DNA of 63,272 bases, the filler included, from Nemertoderma westbladi (lineage: Eukaryota; Animalia; Xenacoelomorpha), in the NCBI GenBank assembly GCA_032718475.1. It is 3 parts of 3 records of this genome, joined end to end, with 100 filler letters (N's around TTAATTAATTAA, not from the genome) between each part and the next. Parts side by side here need not be neighbours in the genome. Positions count along the whole stretch, not along the records: positions 16,629 to 46,179 come from JAUCBJ010003455.1; positions 46,280 to 63,272 come from JAUCBJ010003489.1; 1 more part is not named here. The stretch is one strand, 5' to 3'. Position 1 is the first letter of the stretch, and the number at the start of each line of letters is the position of its first letter. Both the position numbers and the translations under genes were made by a program. Shown piece by piece: positions 39,221 to 51,622 of this stretch. The notes beneath the pieces were generated by a model that searched no databases, had not been told where the DNA came from, and saw nothing but the letters and a program-made list of their open reading frames with translations.

Positions 39221-40406
39221 GTGAGTCGCAAGCATTACAAAGTATTACATGTGTGTCGTACCCATTACATAGTATTACATGTGAGTCGCACCCATTACAT
39301 AGTATTAATGGGAGTCGAGCGCATTACAGAGTATTACATGAGTCGTACACATTACATAGTATTACATGAGTCGGGGACCCTAATGTGTCCCCTAATGTGT
39401 CTGCGGGGGTTCCGGTCTGCCGCCAAGAGATCGGTACGGGCAGCAGATGTCGCTGACACCTCCATCGTGTTAGCGAACGCCGACACAGAGCCAGGCGCAG
39501 GCATGTTTATATAGATTACAGGCTGTTTGGTGGTGGTGCAGTTTACCTGTTTGTTGTTGTTTAAGTTTTTAAATTTCCCGCGTTTCTGTAATTACTGTTT
39601 TTAATTGTTTGTTATAGTGCCTATAATTGTGTTTGTATTTCTGAAGGTTTTTATTACTTTGTGAATAAATGAGGCTTGTAAAGTAAAAAAAAAAAAAAAA
39701 CATGAGTCGGACGCATTACATAGTATTACATGTGAGTCGTTCGCATTACATAGTATTACATTTGAGTCGTACACATTACATAGTAATACATGAGAGTCGT
39801 ATACATTACATAGTATTACATGTGAGTCGTACGCATTACATAGTATTACATGAGTCGGACGCATTACATAGTATTACATGTGAGTACACATTACATAGTA
39901 TTACATGAGTCGGACGCATTACATAGTATTACATGTGAGTCGTACACATTACATAGTATTACATGAGTCGGACGCATTGCATAGTATTACATGTGAGTCG
40001 TACACATTACATAGTATTACATGAGTCGGACGCATTACATAGTATTACATGTGAGTCGTACACATTACATAGTATTACATTTGAGTCGTACACATTACAT
40101 AGTAATACTTGAGAGTCGTATACATTACATAGTATTACATGTGAGTCGTACACATTAAGTATTACATGTGAGTCGTACACATTACATAGTATTACATGTG
40201 AGTCGTACGCATTACATAGTATTACATGAGTCGGACGCATTACATAGTATTACATGTGAGTCGGACGCATTACATAGTATTACATGTGAGTCGTACACAT
40301 TACATAGTATTACATGTGAGTCGTACGCATTACATAGTATTACATGTGAGTCGTACGCATTACATAGTATTACATGTGAGTCGTACGCATTACATAGTAT
40401 TACATG
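39217..40406 (+). repeat. 28/30-bp minisatellite starting at the cullin splice donor
   Basis: Unit GTGAGTCGTACRCATTACATAGTATTACAT; 28-nt variants lack one GT; interrupted at 39375-39700. Confidence 0.95.
39375..39700 (+). mobile_element. Polyadenylated retroposed 3' end of a non-LTR element, possibly CRE clade
   Basis: AATAAA 39664-39669, A16 tail 39685-39700, duplicated CATGAGTCGG at 39365-39374 and 39701-39710; LMCLRGFRS resembles the C-terminal CLRGSR motif. Confidence 0.72.
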
Positions 40407-42161
40407 TGAGTCGTATTTTAATTTGCAACTTTTAATTGGATTTATAACTATTAATTACAACAAATTATCTTGGTAGCTAATGATTTTTATAGGGTAGGCG
40501 TAGGTGCATGGCCTACTTTATTTATGCGGCCTAACAGGTCACTTACAAGTGGCCTTTTAAAATGAGGCCAGTATTTTTATAAATAAATTAATACTATGAT
40601 CCGGAACATTTTCTATACAAATAGTAAATAAGAACTAGCTACTACAAAATATTTATAGAAGGAAGTAGGATGTCGGAACCGGTGTTGAAATTACTAGCTA
40701 AACCTACCTAAAACACTAGCTACCGTAAAATTTTGTTACTTGGTTAACGAGGAGATTTCGATTACGATTGACAAAATTGAAGTAAATTAAAATTTATAGA
40801 ACTCTCCCCACATCAAAATATCTAAATATTGTAAAAAAACAGGCCTCTTTTTAAGAGGCCACTTCAAGTGACCTGTTAGTTAAATTTTGTATGGGCATAC
40901 TAGAGAAAAAGTTCCAATATTTTTGAAAGTGACGGGCAAATACCTCTCGCACTTTTGACTCCAGATCAAATCGAACTTGTTTCGAACGTGCTCAAGTTCG
41001 CGTGCTGCGCCACGCCCCCCGAACGTGTACTGTATATAGTAAGGCCATACAAGGAGTCATCTTTGTAACAGTATCAACAAATCTCTATAAGGTTGAAGAA
41101 TAACTGAGGTGTAAAAGCAAAAAACTGGTCCAATATCGACAGAGACACATTTTTCAAACGCTTGTAGCTAAAGAATGAAAGCAAAAATAAAAATAAAGTT
41201 TCACATGGAGGAGGAGGGAGGTGGAATTAAAACAATCCCACATGAAAAGTCGGGAGGTATGGGGAATCAAGCCCTCAAAATGCAATCCTGCCAGAGGGCT
41301 GCAGTGGAGCGCAGCGGAGGTCCGCGAAGCGACTGTAGCGTAGCGGAACGTAAGAAAATTAAATTTTCATTAAAATAAAAGGGTTGTGTATGTTAACCAG
41401 GAACCCTCACGGCCACTATGTTTACTTACACACTCTAATTATACTACAATTTGTTCTATTTAATAAACGCAGCTTTATTTTATGGTAGCTAGTGTTTTAG
41501 GTAGGTTTAGCTAGTAATTTCAACACTTGTTACGACATCCTACTTCCCTCTATAAATATTTTGTAATAGATAGTTCATATTACTATTTGTATAGAAAAGA
41601 AACATGTTAGAACATGTTAGCTATTAATTTTTAAAAAAATCGTGTTCTAGAAGAAATATTCTTTTGTGATAGAACATTTTTAAGAAAAATTATGGAATAT
41701 ATTTAAAAAAGCATCGGATCGTTCTAAAACGTGAAAAAATTTAGAAAAAGTGTGGTGGCAAAAAGTAACATTTTTTGAAAAAAGCCCAGTAATAGTTATT
41801 CTTATAATCACAAATAAAACTGTAACCTGTTCTATTGAATTTCGTTCATTGTTTTGGTTTGAATAACGTGCCACTGTAACCTGCTCCTTTCCCTTATTTT
41901 GTGATAATTAATAAATCCTAACTGAATATTTTAGTGATTTTTCTCTTACAATTTATTAAAATAACTATTTAAGAGGTGGCAAAAAAAGTAGGCTTTTTTT
42001 GTCGAGCTTTAGTATTTTGCGATCGTAGCGAGACAAATAAGAAAACAAGACAAAAAATGTTACTTTTTGCCACCACTTACGTTGTTTTGTTTGTTGTAAG
42101 TCTTCTCACTATTATCTGGGCCTATTTCAGCATAAATGTCGTCCATACTGAAGCTTCTTCG

Positions 42162-43273
42162 GTACTACTATGTTATGGGTACCCCCTTTTAAACAAATTG
42201 TTTCATATGAAAATGGCTTTTATCATGAGGTTTTTTGTTCTAGAACAAATATTTAACTTTCTGCCAGTACGATGGTAGCTAGTAATTTTGATTTTGTATT
42301 AGCTAGTACTATTTATTAGCTAGTGAAAAAAATTATAATTGAAAAATTGAAAAAAAATTGACCAACTTTTTTCTTGTAAAAATATATTTTATTATGAGGT
42401 TTTTTTATCTAGAACAAATATTTGACCTTCTGACAGTAAGATGTTAGCTAGTACTTTTAATTTTGTGTTAGCTAGTACTATTTATTTGCTAGTAAATGTA
42501 AGATATACCGGTAATTTAATTCTCATCATGTGATGTCATGGTGTAGCTAGTAATTTTTATTTGATAGTCACAGTAGCTAGTAATTTTTATTTGATAGTCA
42601 AAGTAGCTAGTAATTTTTATTTGATAGTCAAAGTAGCTAGTAATTTTTATTTGATAGTCAAAGTAGCTAGTAATTTTTATTTGATAGTCAAAGTAGCTAG
42701 TAATTTTTATTTGATAGTCAAAGTAGCTAGTAATTATTCACTAGCTAGTTTTTTATATGTTATACAAAATATAGGCAGATGTCAAAATAGAGTTTTTAGT
42801 TATTTTACTTATTTAGGCCTATTTTACTTATTACTAGATTTATTTATCTTTTTATTAATTGCGAGAATATATTGATGATATGGAAATTGTCTAAATAAAA
42901 GGGGCACTACAAAATTTCTTTTGTAATTTTAAGATCACTAGCTACCTTTAAAAACACTACCGGTAGCTACCATAATAAAAAATAATAGGTAACCTCTCTC
43001 AGAAGGTGAAATTTATGTTCTAGAACGAAAAACATAATGATAATATCCAATAACATGGTGAAAAAATTGATCAAAAATTAGGTACCAAAAATTTGGTTTT
43101 GTAATTTTAAAAACAGTAGCTACCTAAAAGAAATCACTAGCTACCATAAAAAAAACAATAGCTAACGTCTAACAGAAGATGACATCAATGTTCTAAAACA
43201 AAAAACCTCAAGATAATAGCCATTCATGGTCCAATAAACGGTCAAAAAGTGGGTACCCATAACATAGTAGTAC
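42162..43273. mobile_element. Foldback/MITE-like element in the cullin intron, containing a 30-bp tandem repeat (42543-42735)
   Basis: GGTACTACTATGTTATGGGTACCC versus GGGTACCCATAACATAGTAGTACC inverted ends; many TAGCTA motifs. Confidence 0.68.
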
Positions 43274-43390
43274 CTACGCCGGTACGCATTGTCTGTATAC
43301 CCTACTACTTTACTGTGAAATATAAAACTTTAAACTCACTTTAACACGAAACGCTTCTAATAATTATGAACTGTGTTTATTTATTTTCAG

Positions 43391-44927
43391 GCGGAAAGAC
43401 GTCTGAGTGAAGAAGAGAGTAGAAGAACACGATATTTGAACATAATTCCCTTAAACCAACTCACCGATTACTGTCTTGACAAGTTCATAACATCGCAAAA
43501 TATACAACTAGTAAAACAATTTAAAGTATTGCTTGACGAAGATATCGTACCGGTTAACAAACTAGCGCTAATGTACAAGTTGATAGTTAAAGTTGACAAT
43601 CAGTTCGTTGGATTTAGAGATACACTAGGGAACTATGTGGAGAATAAAGGCAAAGTATTAATAGAAACGCTATCCACAGAAGAAACGTCTCAGGCAATTA
43701 GAACCTATGTCACTCAAATCATATCTACGTACAAGGATATCAACTATTTGATCAGGCAAACGTTTCAGGATAATCTTTCGTTGAGAAAGGCTTTTAATAA
43801 AGCGTGGCAGAAGGTGATCAACTGGGAGGTACCCGGAAAAGGGCCAAACAGAACCGCGGAACAGCTGGCTATGTATTGCCATTTGTTATTAAAAGGGCCG
43901 AAAGGAAGGATACACAACGACTCTGAAAATGTTCAGCTGGAAGACACTTTGTGTGATGTAGTGAAGATTCTCGAATACGTTGACAGTAAAGATATATTCG
44001 TGAATAATTATTGTAGATGGTATTGCAGAAGGTTGTGTGAAGATTCAACAGTCGGGCAAGAGGGTGAGCATTACGCAATATCAAGATTCAGGATTCTTTG
44101 TGGCTCCCAGTATGTAAATCGTTTAGAAAATATTTACAGAGACAACCAAGCCAATCAACTAATTAATCAAAATTTCAACATGCAGTCAAAATTCACATTT
44201 TCAGCCTTGGTTATTGCAAATAATGTATGGTCTTTGGATAAACAAGTTATTAATGTCGATCTTCCTGAAGATCTGGCGGAGTGTCTCGCAGATTTCGAGC
44301 TATTCTATTCAACTCAGAAGAAGGGTAGAAAGCTACAATGGCTACATAAGTATTGCAGAATAGAGATCGAAGCAACTTGCTTCAAGAGTAAATACATATT
44401 CCAGGTCAACATATACCAAATGATTATAATTCTCATGTTCAACAGAGGTATATCTTTCACAATTGGAGAAATAATGAAATCATGTGGTCTAAGCTTAGAA
44501 CGTGTAGATAATGTGATCAGAAGTCTGATTGAGTGTCATTTACTAATTATTGAGGACAAGGAACAGATAAATGATCCGTTAATAAATGAGAACACCCTAG
44601 TTAGTCTGTGTTTGGGATACAATAACAAGAAACAACGAGTTAAGATCAACATTCCAGTAACCAATGATCACAAGAAGCAGGAGGAGGGCGCGATAAAGAA
44701 TTCGTTCGCTGATCGGAAACACGCGATCGAAGCGAGTATAGTTCGGATAATGAAGTCGAGAAACACGCTGAAATTCCCAGAGTTACTCACCGAGGTGTCG
44801 GAACAAATGACTCCGATATTTAAACCGAGTGTTGGAAAATGTTAAAATATGCCTTGAAGCACTGATCGAAAGGGAGTACCTGATGCGATCGCCTACTGAT
44901 ATTGGCAGATATATTTACATGCGGTAA
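43391..44927 (+). CDS. Divergent cullin-1-like protein, coding exon 2; 1-nt frameshift near 44835 (stop at 44845 as assembled, 44927 if corrected)
   Basis: TTTTCAG acceptor; AERRLSEEESRR, AEQLAMYCHLLLK, SKDIF, GRKLQWL, neddylation motif IEASIVRIMKSR; VKICLEALIEREYL...YIY follows in the shifted frame. Confidence 0.88.
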
Positions 44928-45064
44928 AAGCCAAGCAGCTACCAAAAAATTATTTATTATAATTATTTTATTTTCAAGTTCGCGTGAAATAGAGCAGCCA
45001 GTATATAGAGCAGCTAGTATATAGAGCAGCCAGTATTATTTAATTAGCCATTGCGCATGACCTT

Positions 45065-45438
45065 GGGGCCGTCCAAGTATGACGTCAGCACTTTAGGGGG
45101 GGGAGGGGGGTTGGGAAAATCTGATGACGTGCTGATGAGGGGAGGGGAGGGGGTCAGCCAAAATCTGACGTCAGCATGTTCATTTATAGGTGCTAGAAGA
45201 GATATAGCAGAAGAGTAAATAGCTTGCCTATTTTAATTGTTTCGAAGCCCCCGAAGCCCGTAGCACGACCTTCTGTTTCAGTTATCAGTCACCATGTTTA
45301 AGTGATTAGGACGCGAAAATTTTTTTTAATCTGATTTAGGGGAGGGGGGGTCAACGCCTATCTGATGACATCTGATTTAGGGGAGGGAGGGGGTCATCAT
45401 TTTGGGGAAAAGTGCAGACGTCATACTTGGACGGCCCC
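45065..45438. mobile_element. PIF/Harbinger-like MITE
   Basis: 30-bp TIR GGGGCCGTCCAAGTATGACGTCAGCACTTT with 1 mismatch; flanks CTT and CTA. Confidence 0.8.
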
Positions 45439-46179
45439 CTACTGCTGTAAAGGTCCTAAATTTAGTGGGCCAGTGTTTCTCTTAGTTGGAATCCCTGAAA
45501 CAATATGCCAATCGCACCCTAACTAAAATTCAGTCTTCTTTCAGAAGAGACAAATTAAAATTTAATATCTCCAGTAGTTTTCGAGATATGGGGATTTCCA
45601 GGCACCAATTTAGCCAGCACCTTTATTGAATTGAAAAATATGACTCAAAATACAGTCTAGGGATGCCACAGAGCTAAAATTTCATCCGGAGCCGGAGCCC
45701 GGAGCTTCCTCCGGGTTACAATATGTGCTCCGGCCGGAGACGGAGCCGGAGGTTTGGTGATTGATAATTCCAGTGTATTATTATAGTAGCCATGGACTTG
45801 GACAGATGTGTGTTCATGAGACGGGGGGGGGGGGGGGGGGGGGGGGGGGGGAGGTTGATGCTAATTTTTCGGCGAATCGCGGCGAATTAATATCTCGCCT
45901 CGATGTTAAATTATCAATTAAGGGAAATTAGCAGTTTACAGTCGCATGCTATTCTAATAAAAACAATAGACTATATTCAATCGAACAGGTTAGTGTTTTA
46001 TTTTTGGGAGCAATCAGCAGTTATTTGCGTCGATTTTCTCCTGGAGAGGGATGCATTTTGATTGCGTCCAAAGACTTCCCCACCTGGTGTTCCTTGGCCC
46101 TGTATCAAAAGTACTGCCTGCATCGTTAGGTCACTGCGTCGCCGCACTTATTCAAAGTATTTTGTAGTTCTATTGGAGA

Positions 46180-46279
46180 NNNNNNNNNNNNNNNNNNNNN
46201 NNNNNNNNNNNNNNNNNNNNNNNTTAATTAATTAANNNNNNNNNNNNNNNNNNNNNNNNNNNNNNNNNNNNNNNNNNNN
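46180..46279. other. Artificial contig linker
   Basis: 44 N + TTAATTAATTAA + 44 N. Confidence 0.98.
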
Positions 46280-47367
46280 TATAAAATTGTGAATCATACC
46301 AGTGAAAGATCAAAAACCTAAGATCGAGCTATGTGTCTTAGTTTTTTCATCTTTTACTGGTATGATTTTCGTTTTTAGGTCGATACCTAATACTGGAATC
46401 AGTATCATTTTATGCGGTGTCGTCTTCCGACCTAATACAATATACAACGAGTAAGATAATGTAGAAATTATTAAGGAAATAACACAATTTTAGAGTGAGA
46501 ACAAAAGTATCAATATATTACCATGAAGAAGATTACAAGTGATGAATTTTATTAAAAACATTCACTTATATATATAAATTTGCGATGTGGCATAGTCAAC
46601 GAAGCAGAGATGAGACGTGTCATAACCATCAACGAATAAGAAAAGAGATGGAGTGCAATGTGGATGAATGGTTGGTTGCATGAATAGGAAATACGTGAAA
46701 GAATATGAATCATAGGGTTGTGTGTGTGTGTGTGTGTGTGTGGGTGTGTAATAATCAATAATTATTATAATAAAAAACGCGCAGTATATAATGTTAGCGG
46801 TGGAAGCCTTTCAATATGACACAGATGCTGTGGGATTGGTTAGGTTGAGTAACTACTATGGAAATATTCGTATACGTGTAGCTAGAACGTGGCGGAATTT
46901 CAACACGTATCATAATAGCGTTGGGGTAGGCAGGCCGCTTGGTTGGTTGGATTGATTGGTTTGGCGACAGCCGTCGAGGAGTAGCCGTGCGTGGCTAGCG
47001 ACGGTGGTGGTGGTGGTGGTGGTGAGTTGGCAATCGATTCGATATAATAGCGTAGTGGGGGCTAGCCATGCGATGAGAAGTTAGGTTACGCGAAGATGAA
47101 TATGCGATGGTTGGTTGATGCAACGACGCGAATAAATACTCGCGGGTGGTAACAGTTGTCGAGTAAGGCAGGCATCGCGAGGTTAGGCTACGCGTAGGTG
47201 ATAAGCAACGATTGGTTGAAGGCAACGACGCGAATCAATATTGATGGTGACAGATGGTCATTAAACACCACGATTTAGCACCGGAATTTGGCATTTTTTA
47301 ATTGCCTCCGAGATGCGGGCTGTAGCCCAAGCTAGGGAGGAGATATGGAGGAACTATGCTTCTCCTA

Positions 47368-49746
47368 CTACTGGCGGGCTTCTGTTCTAGCCATCTGACG
47401 CGTAAAGCTTTCTTGGGCCATCGTGTTATTTAATATCGAATTATCGGTATATAAATTTCTCGGATCATTATCAGGTCTATAGGGAATATCATTAACAACA
47501 GGTTTATAATCACCCTTAATAGGGTTTGCTATTGGAGTTTCTACTTCACTAGCAGTATAGATGCGTGTAGGCTCCACACCTTGCGCATGTAATACTTCAG
47601 ACCTAACAGGTTGACACAATGTTACAGGGGGTATTGGTATGCCTTTTTGTATATTGACTAATTTGTCGCGTTCCAGTGCGATACTTTGCTGCACTTCTTT
47701 CAATTCTGCCCTACCTTCCCTTACTGTTCCCTTAAGCTGGTGGACAGTCTCCTGCATCTGTCCGAGCAGGAGGTTCATCCCCCGCCGTCCCTCTTCTACC
47801 CACTCGACCGCCGCAGCGGGAGTCGCCAACATTGTAGCGGGCTGACGCGGGACGACGGGAGACAAATCTTTGATTTCTCTCTCAGCTTCCAGGACAGGGA
47901 TATTCTCATGGACTGTTCTACCGGGTACAGGCAGTGTAGTACTGTGTAAAGGGAATTTAGAGTTAAGCTCTGGAAGTACAGGGGTCTCTAGCACAGGAGT
48001 GACTTTGGGAACGACAGGCCTAATTATTTCAGGCTCATCGACTATAGTAGGGAGTTTTTTGACCTTAATAATTTGGTCTGTAGGTTCTATACTACTTAAG
48101 TCTGTGCTAGCTGGTTGTCTTCTAACAGCTGGGGGCAAATCAGGCAATTTGTGACAGTGAGATGTTTTTCTACGCCTGCTTAGACGAGATCTATTTCCTC
48201 CGCCTTCAGGATCAGTGGTCTCGCCTTCCTCGGATGATGTGTATCCTTGGCGCTTGGGAGTAGATCGACTCCTCATCTGCATTTGACTAGCAGTTAACTG
48301 TTTATTTATGCAGTCTTGCGTCTCTTGAAGATTTTCCAACTCCAGTTGTGTGGTCTCTTCAGACGCTCTCTGTTCTGCGTCTGCCAATGCTATTGCTGCT
48401 GCTGCTTTGGCTGCTTCCACTGTCGCTGCAGCTTTTGCTTCTGCTACTGCCTCTTCCACTGCTGCTGCTGCCTTTGCCGCTGCTACTGCCTTTGCCGCTT
48501 CCACTGCCGCTGCCACTTTTGCTTCTGCCTCTTCCACTGACGCTGCCGCTTTCGCCGCTGCTACTGCCTTTTTGTCCTCTATCCATTTTTTCTTTACTTG
48601 TTCTTCTTGGACTCTAGCGAGGCGGAGTTTTTCATCAAATTCAGCTTGGTTAGCAGCTAACATTTCAGCATCGATTGAGTCTAACACACGCTGGTTTCCT
48701 TCACTATTAGGGGAAAGTCCAGACAGCCGTCTCCTTAACTCTTCGTCTCCTAGGAATCGCTGATAGTCGGACAGATAAATGTCTATGGCGTCTCTCGTTC
48801 GTGGTCACTCTGCGGTCTCTTCGCCTTCCACTTGAGAAAGGGTGGCATCGGTTGGTTCTTCATAGGTTAGTCTCTCAGACAGCTGGGATTTCCACTGGTC
48901 CGTTTCTTGTACTTTGAGACCTACCCGCTGGAACCAAGTTTTGACAGCAACCTGCAGCGACGTGTCCTGTCTTCTTTTGGAAGTTTCCTCAAAGGCTGAT
49001 AGGATTAATCTAATGCGTAGGGTTCTTTCGCGTACCTGATATAGCAGCTCTTCCTGCTCTTGAGGTCCTTGGGGTTGTCGAAACAGTTGTTCTTCTAATC
49101 GCTCCAAGGAGCCGAAGAATCCCTGCACATATCCTGCTGCCGACCTCTTCCAAACAGCTGGATCCATTGTATCTTTAGTCACTCCCATCCTGTGTATATC
49201 TTCCCAAGTAGCTTCGGACAAATCTAACGGGAGTCCGGGTCCGGGAAAGTTCCATTGTGACTCGACAATAGACATCAATTCTTCCCTGGCGTATCCCGCA
49301 TAATTATCTTGGGTCGCTCGCTTACTTCTCGCCCAATCGGCTTGATGTTCCTCCACCGCAATCAATATAGTAGTTAGCACTGCGGCAGGAAGGGTGAGAA
49401 GGGGGTCCGAGTAGGCTGTAGCCGCCATCTGCAATCCGCGTTCGGGGGTCAGCTCGACAGTATCCGAACTACTGGAGCTATCGGATCGCTGGGAACAAGT
49501 TTCTTGACTAGGCTGTTGCTGCTGTTGGACAGCTGCTTCCTGGTTCCGTTTGACTTGGGCTCGAGTGCCGATGATAGACCTACGGTGTTGGATTAGCTTA
49601 GGGTCTGACACTACTACTGGAGGGATGACCTTTCTTTCAGTAGGAGGTGAGCTGAACTCCTTTCTTAATCGCTCCACACTCCTATCTGTGTCACAGATGG
49701 TTGTATCGATTAGACTGTCTGACAGGTTTTGCTGGGTGTCAGACAT
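47368..49746 (-). pseudogene. Unidentified 792-codon reading frame with one in-frame TGA; possible decayed gag/ORF1 of a retroelement
   Basis: ORFs 48805-49746 and 47368-48687 share a frame; only TGA at 48805-48807 separates them; Ala/Glu/Lys coiled-coil and Pro-rich segments; no recognisable domain. Confidence 0.5.
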
Positions 49747-51116
49747 GTTTAGCTATACAGTTGAATGTCTACTGCTATAGTTACAGTTAAAGCAAGTCTA
49801 GTAATTCAGTATGACCGTTGGCCTAGTACCATTAATTTATTACAGTATATTAGAATATCGGTATACACTTATAATATATATAAGTATTGTAAACTAGTTT
49901 TTTCACAGAGTACCGGTATATAATTTTAGCACAAATATATATAAATATATGATAGGCCTATCGTGAATACCGGTATACCGCTTACACTGATAGTATATAT
50001 AAGTATAATTATGAACTAGAATTAATTACAGAATACCGGTATGATTTCAGCTCAAATTTATATAAATAAATATAATAAGCCTATGGTAAATACCGGTATG
50101 TCAATTATTTTAGAATAATTGAATTTCTGAATATTTTAGGGTTACTTGGTTACTTTAACTTACTTTATTACCGTTATTTAAGCAGTAGTCCAACTGATAT
50201 TGAGACCTAGTTGTTGTATGGCAGGCCTACTATTTATAAATCGTTTGAGTTGATTTATAATAGATATATACCCGTTTAAAAGGGGTTTTGTCAATATTTG
50301 AAATAAATGTTATTATTTCTGGGGGAAGTCACTACACGGAAGCTGTGCGCTCTCAGTGGAGTGCTACTTATTGGACACTAAAACAGATAATTCTAATTTA
50401 CCTAAGTTACTTAATACTACAAATTACTTACGATACGGGTGAGATTAAATCTCTACTTAAACACAACAAAAATATTACGTACGAAATTTTAGGGTAATTT
50501 TACAGGAAGTCTACAAACCAGCCTAACAAAGGGTTAGAATTCTGGTTATTACAAAGGACAGGGTACTACGGTATTTGAAAATAATAAGTAGTAGTAAATA
50601 TATTGCACTGTCCAGATAGGAAAAATACCACCGCCTGACGACCTATAGCCGTATCGCTATAGGTACTACTTTATGTATCACGGAGTGTTCCTACCTGGAA
50701 GTTAATTACCGCGGACTACCAGATCCAACGTGCCTATTAACCACTTTACAACACAATACACTGCCTACACACTAATTACTTTCGGAAAGCACTGTACACC
50801 AAACCCTAAATTAGGTACAAGTACTTATTAAAAACAAATAACTAGCAGTTAAAGATACTTGAACAGTTAAAAGAACCACGGCATCTGCTGGAGTGACCGG
50901 TGCACAAAATCACCAGTCTTTTCCTACGCCAAGCAGCCCGTGTAGTACTGGGGTTAATTTAACTATAACGGTATGTGTAACAAGCACAATTACTGTAGGA
51001 ATAAACTTGGGGACATGAATGTTGCGAATAATCGCATAAACTCGGAATAATAAATATTACGCTACCCGTACAGGATACTCAAACAAAATACAAACCAAAC
51101 GCTGGCAGACTACCAC

Positions 51117-51622
51117 CAAGCCTAAATAAACTACAGTATGTGCAGATTCCGAAATGGTTAGTTAGTATGCGTTCTAACACGGTAGTACGACTTATTCTTT
51201 AAGAGGGGATTGACCTTACAGCTATGGCTGCCCCAACTTACTAACTGGCACTTTATCAGACAAACTCTACACACGCAGCAATCTCTTCAGACCTAATAAT
51301 AGCTAGACAACAATCCAGCCTACAAAATATCTGAGTAATAACTATTACGGTACCTGAACAGACCACATAAACAAACACAGGCCAAAACGTTGGCAGAATA
51401 CTGTCAAGCCTAAATAAACTACAGTATGTGCAGATTCCAAAATGGTTAGTTAGTATGCGTTCTAACACGGTAGTACGACTTATTCTTTAAGAGGGGATTG
51501 ACCTTACAGCTATGGCTGCCCCAACTTACTAACTGGCACTCTATCGGACAAACTCTACACACGCCGTAATCTCTCCAAACCCAACAATAATCTAACAACA
51601 GTCCGGCCTACAATTATCTGAA
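51117..51622. repeat. 288-bp-period direct repeat upstream of the unidentified ORF
   Basis: CAAGCCTAAATAAACTACAGTATGTGCAGATTCC starts at 51117 and 51405. Confidence 0.9.

Noticed and set aside
38453-39514. 353-aa ORF as a complete protein
   Set aside because: Cullin similarity ends at the donor at 39220; the rest is intronic repeat and retro-insert
48316-48763. Cys-, Leu- and Ala-rich + strand ORFs
   Set aside because: Shadows of the GCN-rich region of the minus-strand ORF
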